30,210 nt of DNA, taken from the NCBI GenBank assembly GCA_035525015.1, contig DATLFC010000038.1, positions 1 through 30,210 on the forward strand. The letters run 5' to 3'. Shown in pieces: positions 17,083 to 24,863 of this stretch; position 1 is the stretch's first letter; every line of letters starts with the position of its first letter. The notes beneath the pieces are model-generated. The model ran no database searches. It saw only the letters and a program-made list of their open reading frames with translations, and was not told where the DNA came from. The position numbers were made by a program, and so were the translations under genes. Source of the DNA: Thermoanaerobaculia bacterium (GTDB lineage: Bacteria > Acidobacteriota > Thermoanaerobaculia > Gp7-AA8).

Positions 17083-17532
17083 ATGAGGGAGCCGGTTCGC
17101 GGCGTAGCGGGGTGGAGAGATGGCTGGTACGTCGTGCCATATCAGGTGGTCTTCCGCGACGTGGATGCGTTCGCGCACGCGAACAACGCCGTCTACTTCA
17201 CCTGGTTCGAGACCGCGCGCACGCTTCTCTGGCAGGAGCTCACCGGTATGAGCGGTCCGCGCGACATCAACTTCATCGTAGCGCGCGCCGAGTGTGACTT
17301 TCGTCACCAGGTCGGGATGGAGCCGATCGACATCTGCGTTCGCATTGGTGAGATGCGGACGACCTCACTCGACTTCCTTTACGAGATCCGCAAAGAGCGT
17401 GGCGGGGAAGTTGCTGCCAGGGGAAAGGTCGTTGTCGTGTTGTTCGACTGGGAGAAGCAGACCAGGGTTTCGATCGGCGAGGACTTCCGACGGAAGGTCG
17501 CGGCGCTCGGAACCGGTTCGCAGGAGGATTGA
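17083..17532 (+). CDS. hotdog-fold acyl-CoA thioesterase (YbgC / 4HBT-like)
   Basis: YVVPYQVVFRDVDAFAHANNAVYFTWFETAR matches the 4HBT/YbgC catalytic region. The gene is tightly spaced with its neighbours. Confidence 0.75.
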   Translation: MREPVRGVAGWRDGWYVVPYQVVFRDVDAFAHANNAVYFTWFETARTLLWQELTGMSGPRDINFIVARAECDFRHQVGMEPIDICVRIGEMRTTSLDFLYEIRKERGGEVAARGKVVVVLFDWEKQTRVSIGEDFRRKVAALGTGSQED

Positions 17533-17538
17533 ACGCGC

Positions 17539-18393
17539 ATGCAATCGGGTCGTATTCTGATGCATCCGGCTGTGGCCAGGCAGCGCTTTCGTGAGATTGC
17601 GGAGCGTCCGGAGCCGCTCCTCGATCTCGTGGAGGCTTCCCTGATCATCGCCCTCGAAGACAGGCCGGGGCTGGAGATCGGCCGCTATCTCGAGCAGGTC
17701 GGCGGCTGGAGCAGCGACGTCCGGAGCCGGCTCGAGGGATCGCGCGACGTCGAGCGCATCGTGGGAATGATCAACCGCGTGCTCTTCGAGGAAGAAGGTT
17801 TCCACGGTGAGAACGACGACTACTACGATCCGCGCAGCGCGCTGCTCAACGAAGCGCTCGACCGGCACGCCGGCCTGCCGATGACGCTCTCGATTCTCTA
17901 CCTCGAGATCTCGCGCCGCGTCGGTGTGGAGGCGACGGGTGTCTCGCTGCCGGGGCGCTTCCTGGTGAAGTTCAGCGGCGAGTTCGGGCAGATCGTTGTC
18001 GATCCGTTCGATGGCGGCCGCGTTCTGACCACGGTCGAGCTGCAGAAACTTCTCGACGCGATGTATGGCGGCGGCGTGCAGCTGCGCGAGCATCACCTCC
18101 GCTCCTTCTCGCGCCGCGAGATCCTGGCCCGGGAGCTGGCGCAGCTCAAGGCGGCGTACCTGGCGCAACACGACCTGCTGCGCGCCGCGGCGTCGATCGA
18201 CCGGCTGCTGATCCTCGACGACCGCGATTCGTACGAGGTCCGCGACCGCGCCATGGTGGCCATGCAGATGCACGCCTACACGCAGGCCATCGAGTTCTTC
18301 GAGCGCTACCTCGAGCTGGCGCCGCACGCCGATGACGTCGCGCGCGTGCGCGATCAGATTGCCTACCTCCGTGCCTGGATGGATCAGAACTGA
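17539..18393 (+). CDS. SirB1/YchA-family transglutaminase-like protein with TPR-like C-terminus (UPF0162)
   Basis: Colinear similarity to E. coli YchA (GFHGENDDYYDPRSALLNEALDRHAGLPMTLSILYLE...LPGRFLVKF...VVDPFDGGRVLT). Confidence 0.7.
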   Translation: MQSGRILMHPAVARQRFREIAERPEPLLDLVEASLIIALEDRPGLEIGRYLEQVGGWSSDVRSRLEGSRDVERIVGMINRVLFEEEGFHGENDDYYDPRSALLNEALDRHAGLPMTLSILYLEISRRVGVEATGVSLPGRFLVKFSGEFGQIVVDPFDGGRVLTTVELQKLLDAMYGGGVQLREHHLRSFSRREILARELAQLKAAYLAQHDLLRAAASIDRLLILDDRDSYEVRDRAMVAMQMHAYTQAIEFFERYLELAPHADDVARVRDQIAYLRAWMDQN

Positions 18394-18436
18394 TACACTT
18401 CCGTGTCTTAAGTCACTGTCCGCGGAGAGTTTGCCC

Positions 18437-19153
18437 GTGATCACCGGGTTCAACACCGACATCAGACACAACGACAAGGTCTACCACATCCAGACCGAAG
18501 ATAAGGGATTGGCCAATCCCTACATCGAGTCACTCGTGTATGTCGGTGGGGAGATCCTGGCCTCGAAAAAGACCTCGTACGCCGAGCAGGCAAGGACCGG
18601 AATCGACGAGAAGTGGGTCGGCGGTCTGATGGAGCAGCAGCACCGCACCATGATCGCCGCCATTAAGAGAGGGCGGTTCGACGGGCCGGCCGACGCCACG
18701 AAATCGACTCCCCGCCCCGGCGCCCCCACCATTCTCGTCCCGACACCCGAGCCGTTCTCCGCGTCGTCCGCCGCGGCCGCCACCATCCCCGATGAGAAGA
18801 CGCTCGATCAGGTGATCATCGATTACCTGGCCTCGGAAGCGGAGAGCGAGCACCTCGAGCTCTCGCTTCTATCACAGACCGATTTCTTCGCCGGGAGCCC
18901 GGTCGAGCTGCGCGTGGCCACGAAGAAGAGCCTTTCGCAGAATCCGATCGCCGCCGCGTCGATCGAGGTGAGAGTCATCTCGACCGTGGAGCCGCCTCGC
19001 GTCATCTATCGCGGCAAGACCGCCGCCGACGGCACCGCTACCGTCCGCTGCACGATCCCCGCGTTCCGCGACGGCACCGCCGCCGTGATCATCGCCGCGC
19101 AGAGCCCCATCGGAAACGACGAGGTCAAGCAGCTGGTGAAGCGGAAGAAGTGA
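18437..19153 (+). CDS. hypothetical protein
   Basis: Coding-like codon usage. A GGAGAG Shine-Dalgarno sits 7 nt upstream of the GTG at 18437 (the ORF-track start 18332 would overlap the upstream gene). I recognise no domain. Confidence 0.5.
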   Translation: MITGFNTDIRHNDKVYHIQTEDKGLANPYIESLVYVGGEILASKKTSYAEQARTGIDEKWVGGLMEQQHRTMIAAIKRGRFDGPADATKSTPRPGAPTILVPTPEPFSASSAAAATIPDEKTLDQVIIDYLASEAESEHLELSLLSQTDFFAGSPVELRVATKKSLSQNPIAAASIEVRVISTVEPPRVIYRGKTAADGTATVRCTIPAFRDGTAAVIIAAQSPIGNDEVKQLVKRKK

Positions 19154-19191
19154 CCGCACCGCAGGCCCAACCTCTGCAATAGACCACGGAC

Positions 19192-21594
19192 GTGCCCCGT
19201 TTCCGTCTGCTTCGCGCCCTCCTGATCCTCGCCTGCATGGGCGGGGTGATCTACCTGCTCGCCAGCCTCTACCTGCCGTCGCCGCGGCGGCTGATCTTCG
19301 GCGTCGACAAGAGGACGGGAGAGGTCCGGGTCGTCCGCAGCAACGTGACCTTTCTCCCGCCGCACCGCTTCTACCGCCTCTCGTTCGAGCAGAAGGACGG
19401 CCAGGTGCAGCGCGACGGTCTGGTGCAGATCATGTCGGCGGAAGGTGTGCCGGTGACGCTGACCTACCGGCTGCGGTTCGGCGTGGCGACCGAACAGCTG
19501 TCCGATACGAGCCGGCTGGTCAGCGAGGGGTGGAGCGCCTGGATCCGCGCGCGCGTGGCGGAAGCGATGGCCGCGGTGACGCGGCAGGTTCCGATCGACG
19601 AGCTCCTGTCGCCGACCTCGCAGTTCAATGCGCAGCGCGAGCCGCTGCGGCGGCTGGTGGCCGCGCACCTGGCCCGGAGCGGGCTGAACGTGACGGCGTT
19701 CCACATCGCGCGCATCGAGCCGGACCGCGATGCGCTACTCCGCTACAAGCGCGCGCAGCTCCGCCGCGCCGCGCGCGGCGCTTCCGGCCGCGTGGCGGTG
19801 ATCGGGCTCGACGGGGCCGACTGGGATCTGCTCAGCGAGCTGTCCATCGACGGCCGCATCCCGAACCTCCGAGCGCTGATCCGCGGCGGGACCACGGCGA
19901 CGCTCCAGACGATTCAGCCGACTGTCGCACCGCTCGCATGGACGACCGCGGCCACGGGCCTCCCGGCCGACCGGCACGGGATCTACGACTTCTTCGCCAG
20001 CGGCTCGCCGATCGACGCCTACGCGCGCCGCGCCCCGGCCGTTTGGGAGATCGCCGAAGCCTTCGGGCGCAACTCGCTGGTCGTGAACTGGTGGGCAGCA
20101 TGGCCACCGAGCACGGAAACGATCACCGTGTACGACACGCCGGCGCAGCATCTGCCGGGCGCGATTCACCCCCCGGAGCTCGGACCGCGCGTCGCCAGTG
20201 TGAGCGTGCCCATGGAGACGGTCGGGTACGACCAGGTCCGGCGGTTTCTCAACATCTCGGCCGCGGAATACCAGCAGGCCGTTCAGTCGCGGAACGCGGC
20301 CGATCCGGCCATGGTCATGCGCGAAGTCCTCGCCAAGACCTGGACGGATCACCGCGTCGCGCTCGATCTGTACCAGCAGAAGACGCCGGTCCTCACGATG
20401 ATCCACTACGAGGGAACGGATGTTGTCAATCATCTCGGCGCGCCGTTCCATCCGCCGCAGCGCAGCGGGATCTCCGCATCGGATTATCGGAAGTACTGGC
20501 CGCTCGTGGCGAACTACTACTCGGAGATCGATCGCCTGATCGGCGAGTGGATTCAGGTGCTGTCCGATGACACGACCGTCATCGTCATGTCGGGTTACGG
20601 GTTCCAGTGGGGAAGCGGCAGACCGCGCTCGGCCCCGCAGTCGGGCCAGGCGCTTTCCGATCATCGCAACCCGGGAGTGTTCATCACTTACGGCAATCAT
20701 GTTGCGGCCTCGGGGGCCCGGCGCTCGGTGTCCATCTACGACATCACGCCGGCCATTCTGGCCATCCTCGGTCTGCCGCCGGCCACGGAGATGACCGGCA
20801 GTTTCCCGGAAGGACTCTTCACCGGAATCACCCCCGTCTCCTCGGTGTCGGTAGCCAGCTACAACGAGTACTTCACCGGCCGCCCCATGGCGACGACGCT
20901 GCGGCCCAATCCACAGAAATACCGGCAGACGCTGCAGGTCCTCGGTCACGTGCTCGACACTTCGCCGCAGACGGTCCGTGTGGCCGGAGAGGGCTCGGCG
21001 CCGACGCCCGCGATTCCACCCGAGCGGCGGGGGGCTTACGCCTGGTGGAACAACCGCGGCATCGAGCTGCGCCGCGAGGGAAAGCTGGCCGAGGCGGTCG
21101 ACGCGTTTCAGAAAGCGATCGATCTCAATCCCGATGATCCGACGCCCTATCTGAACATGGCCATGACGCTGTTCGACCGGCAGCATTACACCGCGGCGGA
21201 CAATGTCTTCCTGATGGCGATTCAGAAAGGTCTGCCGAATCCCGAACAGTGGTTCGTCGATTTCGCGGCGCTCTATCGCGAGAGCGACATGGTCACGCGC
21301 GCCATCGCCCTTCTGAACAAAGGGGGAGAACTTCTGCCGCAGTCCTATCTGATCGCGGCCAATCTCGGATCGGCGCTCGCGCAGGCCGACCGGCTGACCG
21401 AAGCGCTGCCGGAGCTGGAGCGAGCCCTCGGCCTCCGTCCCACCTCTTCGATGGCGCTGAACAACCTCGGGCTCTACTACGCGAAGCGCGAGGACTACGC
21501 GCGCGCTCTCGATTACTGGAACCGCTCGCTGAGCATCGATCCGCGCCAGCCGCAGATCAGGGTGGCGGCGGAGGCGGCGCAGTCGCGACTTTGA
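19192..21594 (+). CDS. multidomain membrane protein: N-terminal TM anchor, band-7/SPFH-like domain, alkaline-phosphatase/ENPP-like domain, C-terminal TPR repeats
   Basis: TM helix (LLRALLILACMGGVIYLLASL). The AlkP/type-I phosphodiesterase motif is VIGLDGADWDLL...QPTVAPLAWTTAATGLPADRHGIYDF. The C-terminal TPR repeats include WWNNRGIELRREGKLAEAVDAFQKAIDLNPDDPTPYLNMAM. Confidence 0.65.
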   Translation: MPRFRLLRALLILACMGGVIYLLASLYLPSPRRLIFGVDKRTGEVRVVRSNVTFLPPHRFYRLSFEQKDGQVQRDGLVQIMSAEGVPVTLTYRLRFGVATEQLSDTSRLVSEGWSAWIRARVAEAMAAVTRQVPIDELLSPTSQFNAQREPLRRLVAAHLARSGLNVTAFHIARIEPDRDALLRYKRAQLRRAARGASGRVAVIGLDGADWDLLSELSIDGRIPNLRALIRGGTTATLQTIQPTVAPLAWTTAATGLPADRHGIYDFFASGSPIDAYARRAPAVWEIAEAFGRNSLVVNWWAAWPPSTETITVYDTPAQHLPGAIHPPELGPRVASVSVPMETVGYDQVRRFLNISAAEYQQAVQSRNAADPAMVMREVLAKTWTDHRVALDLYQQKTPVLTMIHYEGTDVVNHLGAPFHPPQRSGISASDYRKYWPLVANYYSEIDRLIGEWIQVLSDDTTVIVMSGYGFQWGSGRPRSAPQSGQALSDHRNPGVFITYGNHVAASGARRSVSIYDITPAILAILGLPPATEMTGSFPEGLFTGITPVSSVSVASYNEYFTGRPMATTLRPNPQKYRQTLQVLGHVLDTSPQTVRVAGEGSAPTPAIPPERRGAYAWWNNRGIELRREGKLAEAVDAFQKAIDLNPDDPTPYLNMAMTLFDRQHYTAADNVFLMAIQKGLPNPEQWFVDFAALYRESDMVTRAIALLNKGGELLPQSYLIAANLGSALAQADRLTEALPELERALGLRPTSSMALNNLGLYYAKREDYARALDYWNRSLSIDPRQPQIRVAAEAAQSRL

Positions 21595-21599
21595 GATAA

Positions 21600-22997
21600 T
21601 CACGAAAGTCTTCGAGTCAGCGCGTCGAGCCTCCGCAGAGCGCGATCCTTTCCTAGAGCCGTCAGGACATCGAAGATCGGGGGGGAGGAAGTTTTGCCGG
21701 TGAGCGCGACGCGCAGCGGATGAATGTACTTCCCGGCCGAGACGCCGCTGGCGTCGGCGAGCGCGCGCAGTGCCTGTTCGGTGGTGTTGATGTCGAACGG
21801 ATCGACCGAGGAGAGCGCTGCGCGAAGATCGCGCATCCGAGCGGCCACATCGTCGCCCTTCAGATGTTTCTTCACCGCTTCGGATTCGTACTCGATGGCG
21901 TCGTCGGCCGCGAGGAACGGATGGAGATGCGCGGCGAGCTCCTTCAGTGTCCGCGCCCGCGGCCGTCCCAGCTCGATCGCCGCCCGCAGCTCGTCCAGCC
22001 GCGGAGCATCAGGAGGAAGAAGCGGCCGCAGGTGCCAGTCGATGGTCTCCAGCGGCAGCTTCATCATGTACTGATGATTCATCCACAGCAGCTTCTCGGT
22101 GTCGAAGACGGCCGGCGCCTTGTTGACGTCTTTCAGGTCGAAGAGCGTCGCCGCTTCGTCGCGCGAGAGGATCTCCCGGTCGCCGCCCGGCGCCCATCCG
22201 AGGAGCAGAAGAAAGTTGAAGAGCGCTTCGGGGAAGATGCCGTCGTCGCGATACTCCTCGGCTGATGTCGCGCCGGTCCGCTTGCTGAGGCGCTTCCGGT
22301 CGCTGCCGAGAATCAGCGGAACGTGGGCGAAGAGCGGAACGGAGCCGCCGAGGGCGCGAAAGAGGAGCGCGTGCTTGGGCGTGTTCGAGAGATGGTCGTC
22401 GCCGCGGGCCACGTGCGTGATGGCCATGTCGATGTCGTCGACGACCACCGACAGGTGATAGGTGGGGTTGCCGTCGGAGCGGAGCAGGACGAAGTCGTCG
22501 ATGAGCTGCCCCTCGAACTGCATATCGCCGCGGATGAGATCGTGGAACCCGATCGAAACGGGATCGACCTTGAAGCGGATCACGTACGGCGCGTTGGAGA
22601 CCGGACCGCCTGATTCCGACACGGCGCGGCAGCGGCCGGAATAGCGATACGTCGCGCCGGCGGTCTCGGCGGCCGATCGCTCCGCCTCGAGCTCCTCGAT
22701 CGTGCAGTAGCAGCGATACGCCTTGCCGGCGGCGACCAGCTCGTCGGCGCGCTGGCGATAGCGCGCCAGACGGTCGCTCTGGTAGACCGGCCCCTCATCC
22801 CATTCGACGCCGAGCCACTGCAGCGCGCTGATGATCTGCTCCGCGTGGTGCTGCTTCGACCGCTCCACGTCCGTGTCCTCGATGCGGAGGAGCATCGTGC
22901 CGCCGTAGCGCCGCGCGTGCAGCAGGTTGAAGATCGCCGTCCGGGCCCCCCCGACGTGGAGGAAACCGGTCGGCGATGGAGCGAAGCGGAGCTTCAT
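21600..22997 (-). CDS. gltX: glutamate--tRNA ligase
   Basis: Class I aaRS HIGH motif (RFAPSPTGFLHVGGARTA), KMSKS-like (RLSKR) and a full-length anticodon-binding domain. The ATG at 22995-22997 is preferred over the GTG one codon upstream. Confidence 0.9.
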   Translation of the reverse strand: MKLRFAPSPTGFLHVGGARTAIFNLLHARRYGGTMLLRIEDTDVERSKQHHAEQIISALQWLGVEWDEGPVYQSDRLARYRQRADELVAAGKAYRCYCTIEELEAERSAAETAGATYRYSGRCRAVSESGGPVSNAPYVIRFKVDPVSIGFHDLIRGDMQFEGQLIDDFVLLRSDGNPTYHLSVVVDDIDMAITHVARGDDHLSNTPKHALLFRALGGSVPLFAHVPLILGSDRKRLSKRTGATSAEEYRDDGIFPEALFNFLLLLGWAPGGDREILSRDEAATLFDLKDVNKAPAVFDTEKLLWMNHQYMMKLPLETIDWHLRPLLPPDAPRLDELRAAIELGRPRARTLKELAAHLHPFLAADDAIEYESEAVKKHLKGDDVAARMRDLRAALSSVDPFDINTTEQALRALADASGVSAGKYIHPLRVALTGKTSSPPIFDVLTALGKDRALRRLDALTRRLS

Positions 22998-23010
22998 CAC
23001 AGGCGCGGGA

Positions 23011-23039
23011 GTCTAACATCGCTACAATCGATCGATCTG
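23011..23039 (+). promoter_or_regulatory. candidate -10 element (TACAAT at 23023-23028) for leaderless transcription of the pseudopilin operon
   Basis: A rare AT-rich hexamer 12 nt upstream of the ATG at 23040. No Shine-Dalgarno precedes that ATG. Confidence 0.3.
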
Positions 23040-23426
23040 ATGCACGTCCAGCGCGGGTTCTCGCTCATCGAGCTGCTCATGGCGCTCATGATTCTCACCG
23101 TCATCACCACGACGTCGCTGGCCGTGTTCGTCGAGCGTTCGGTCCGGCAGCAGCAGGCCTCCGAGCTCATCCTCGCCTACCAGGCCCTCGCCAATGAGAC
23201 CGAGATCGTGCGGCGCGTCGACTACGACTCGCTCGATTCGCTGACCGACATCTTATCGAGCGACATGGCCATCATCCAGCCGCTCAGCCCCTACTCGACC
23301 GAGGTCGACGTTGCGCTCGTTCGACCCGGAGTGAAAAGCGTGAAGATCACGATCCGCTGGCGCGCGCACCGCGAGGCCAGCGTGACCGTGCTGCGCACCG
23401 ACACCGGAGGGTCGAACCTGTGGTGA
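23040..23426 (+). CDS. prepilin-type N-terminal cleavage/methylation domain protein (minor pseudopilin, GspH/I-like)
   Basis: Short leader then G|FSLIELLMALMIL with Glu at +5. 128 aa. ATG at 23040 with no Shine-Dalgarno. Confidence 0.7.
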   Translation: MHVQRGFSLIELLMALMILTVITTTSLAVFVERSVRQQQASELILAYQALANETEIVRRVDYDSLDSLTDILSSDMAIIQPLSPYSTEVDVALVRPGVKSVKITIRWRAHREASVTVLRTDTGGSNLW

Positions 23427-23935
23427 CGCGCCGGGCGGAGCGCGGGTTCTCGCTGATCGAGGCCGTGATCACGCTGGTCGTGTTCGGCGTCGTCGTCTCG
23501 ATTCTGCTTGCGCTCACCGCGGAGATGCGCGGGTACGACAAGCGCTATCCGATCAACCTCATGAAGCACCCGCAGGTGAACGCCGTGCTCGCACGAATGC
23601 GAAAGGACGTGCTCGACGCTTTCGGGCCCGATCCCTATCCGGCCTCGTACATGATGCACTCTCAGAGCTCGTCGAAATTGATTGTCTACTCCGTGCAGGA
23701 GACCGGATTCGCTCAAACCGTTGTGTGGGATTTCACTACGCCCGGGATCGTACGCCGCCAGGCCTACAGCGTCGGCGGAGTCGTCACCGACTGGACCGCC
23801 CGCGGCGTCCCCGGATCGTTCGAGGTCACCACGTTCGAGATTCCGAATCGTCCTTACGCCGTCCGGCTCAAGGCCACCGATCAGACAGGAAGGCTAGCCA
23901 TTGACCAGATTCTCCAGCCGCGCGCGCACAACTGA
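23420..23935 (+). CDS. prepilin-type N-terminal cleavage/methylation domain protein (minor pseudopilin, GspJ-like size)
   Basis: Leader MVTRRAERG|FSLIEAVITLVVFGVV. A GGAGGG Shine-Dalgarno sits 8 nt upstream of the GTG. Overlaps the upstream gene by 7 nt. Confidence 0.7.
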   Translation: MVTRRAERGFSLIEAVITLVVFGVVVSILLALTAEMRGYDKRYPINLMKHPQVNAVLARMRKDVLDAFGPDPYPASYMMHSQSSSKLIVYSVQETGFAQTVVWDFTTPGIVRRQAYSVGGVVTDWTARGVPGSFEVTTFEIPNRPYAVRLKATDQTGRLAIDQILQPRAHN

Positions 23936-24314
23936 GCGCGGCTTCGCGCTGATCGCCGTCCTGACGCTGGCGGTCCTCTACTTCGCTCTGATGGAGCTGC
24001 TCCTGATCGACTCCTCGCGCGAGCTGGCCGAAGCACGGAACTTCCGCGCCCGAGTCGTGGCCGCCGTCCTCGCCGAAAATGCCGCCGAGCTCGCGGCGAT
24101 GCACATGGTGGCCGGCGCCAGCCGCAAGATCCAGGAGCAGAGCGACCACGGCACGATGACCGGCACGATCGTGCGCACCGGCGCCGACGGCTTCGAGATC
24201 ACCGCGGAAGCGGTTACGTCCGGAGTGCTGCGACAGACCGCAACGGTGTTCGTCCAGGGACGCGTCGAATCAAACGGTGTGGTGAAGATCGATTACACGA
24301 TGCACGGACAGTGA
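23901..24314 (+). CDS. PilX_N / GspK-like minor pseudopilin (no Glu at +5)
   Basis: 14-aa leader then ERG|FALIAVLTLAVLYF lacking the +5 Glu, as in GspK/PilX-type tip pseudopilins. An AGGAAGG Shine-Dalgarno sits 7 nt before the TTG start. Overlaps the upstream gene by 35 nt. Confidence 0.6.
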   Translation: MTRFSSRARTTERGFALIAVLTLAVLYFALMELLLIDSSRELAEARNFRARVVAAVLAENAAELAAMHMVAGASRKIQEQSDHGTMTGTIVRTGADGFEITAEAVTSGVLRQTATVFVQGRVESNGVVKIDYTMHGQ

Positions 24315-24340
24315 GCCCCGAGCCCCGAGCCCCGAGTCCC
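24313..24340. repeat. heptanucleotide tandem array (GAGCCCC)x3 plus GAGTCCC
   Basis: It exactly fills the gap between the convergent stop codons of the PilX-like gene (TGA 24312-24314) and the DUF883 gene (24340-24342). Confidence 0.7.
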
Positions 24341-24603
24341 TACCGTCTCCGCATCATCCCGAGACCGATGGCTATTGCGGCGATGCCGCCGAGGACCGCG
24401 GCCGGGTTTCGCCGGGCGTACCCGCGAACTTTTTCGAGCGGATGACGGAGGTTGGTGTTGCGAATCGACTCGAGACGGCTGGTGTCGATGCCGACCTTGC
24501 GGAGAACATTGTCGAGCCCGCTCCGGCGCACCTCGGACTGCGGCACGGCGTCGGTGGGCACATACGGGTGGAACTGATTGGTCGGATTGAAGTTATCAAC
24601 CAT
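24340..24603 (-). CDS. DUF883 (ElaB/YqjD-like) C-terminally anchored protein
   Basis: 87 aa with a hydrophilic N-region and a C-terminal TM helix ending in RRR (NPAAVLGGIAAIAIGLGMMRRR). An AAGGAGA Shine-Dalgarno sits 8 nt upstream. An AT-rich putative promoter (TATAAATA) is further upstream. Confidence 0.6.
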   Translation of the reverse strand: MVDNFNPTNQFHPYVPTDAVPQSEVRRSGLDNVLRKVGIDTSRLESIRNTNLRHPLEKVRGYARRNPAAVLGGIAAIAIGLGMMRRR

Positions 24604-24674
24604 ACGCTTTCTCCTTCAGACAGTTATTTATATTGCGAACGGGGTGCCATCTCCGGGGATATGATGGGCTCTCT

Positions 24675-24863
24675 ATGGCCGGCAATCCGAGAGAGCACGT
24701 GAAGGGCAAAGGCTTCTGGGACGGCGGCGCGCCGGGGCATGGAACCAACAAAGAGTCGAGCGGCCGGCCGAGCGGTTTTCCCGGAACGCGCAAGCCGCGG
24801 CGGGTGGGGATCAACACCGATCTCGAGTTTCCGCCGGAGGATCCGGCGTTTCCGCGCGACTAG
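24675..24863 (+). CDS. small hypothetical protein (Gly/Pro-rich, about 62 aa)
   Basis: GC3-biased codon usage. Its stop abuts the fabI stop (TAGCTA). No recognised domain. The start is uncertain (ATG 24675 or TTG 24633). Confidence 0.3.
   Translation: MAGNPREHVKGKGFWDGGAPGHGTNKESSGRPSGFPGTRKPRRVGINTDLEFPPEDPAFPRD

Noticed and set aside
17365-18477. 370-aa minus-strand ORF overlapping thioesterase and SirB1 genes
   Set aside because: It lies antisense to two genes with clear family signatures, the translation is low-complexity, and it is a GC-driven artefact.
19735-21603. 622-aa minus-strand ORF antisense to the SPFH-AlkP-TPR gene
   Set aside because: The Arg-rich, repeat-like translation is a mirror image of the sense gene. 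The sense strand carries the AlkP and TPR motifs.
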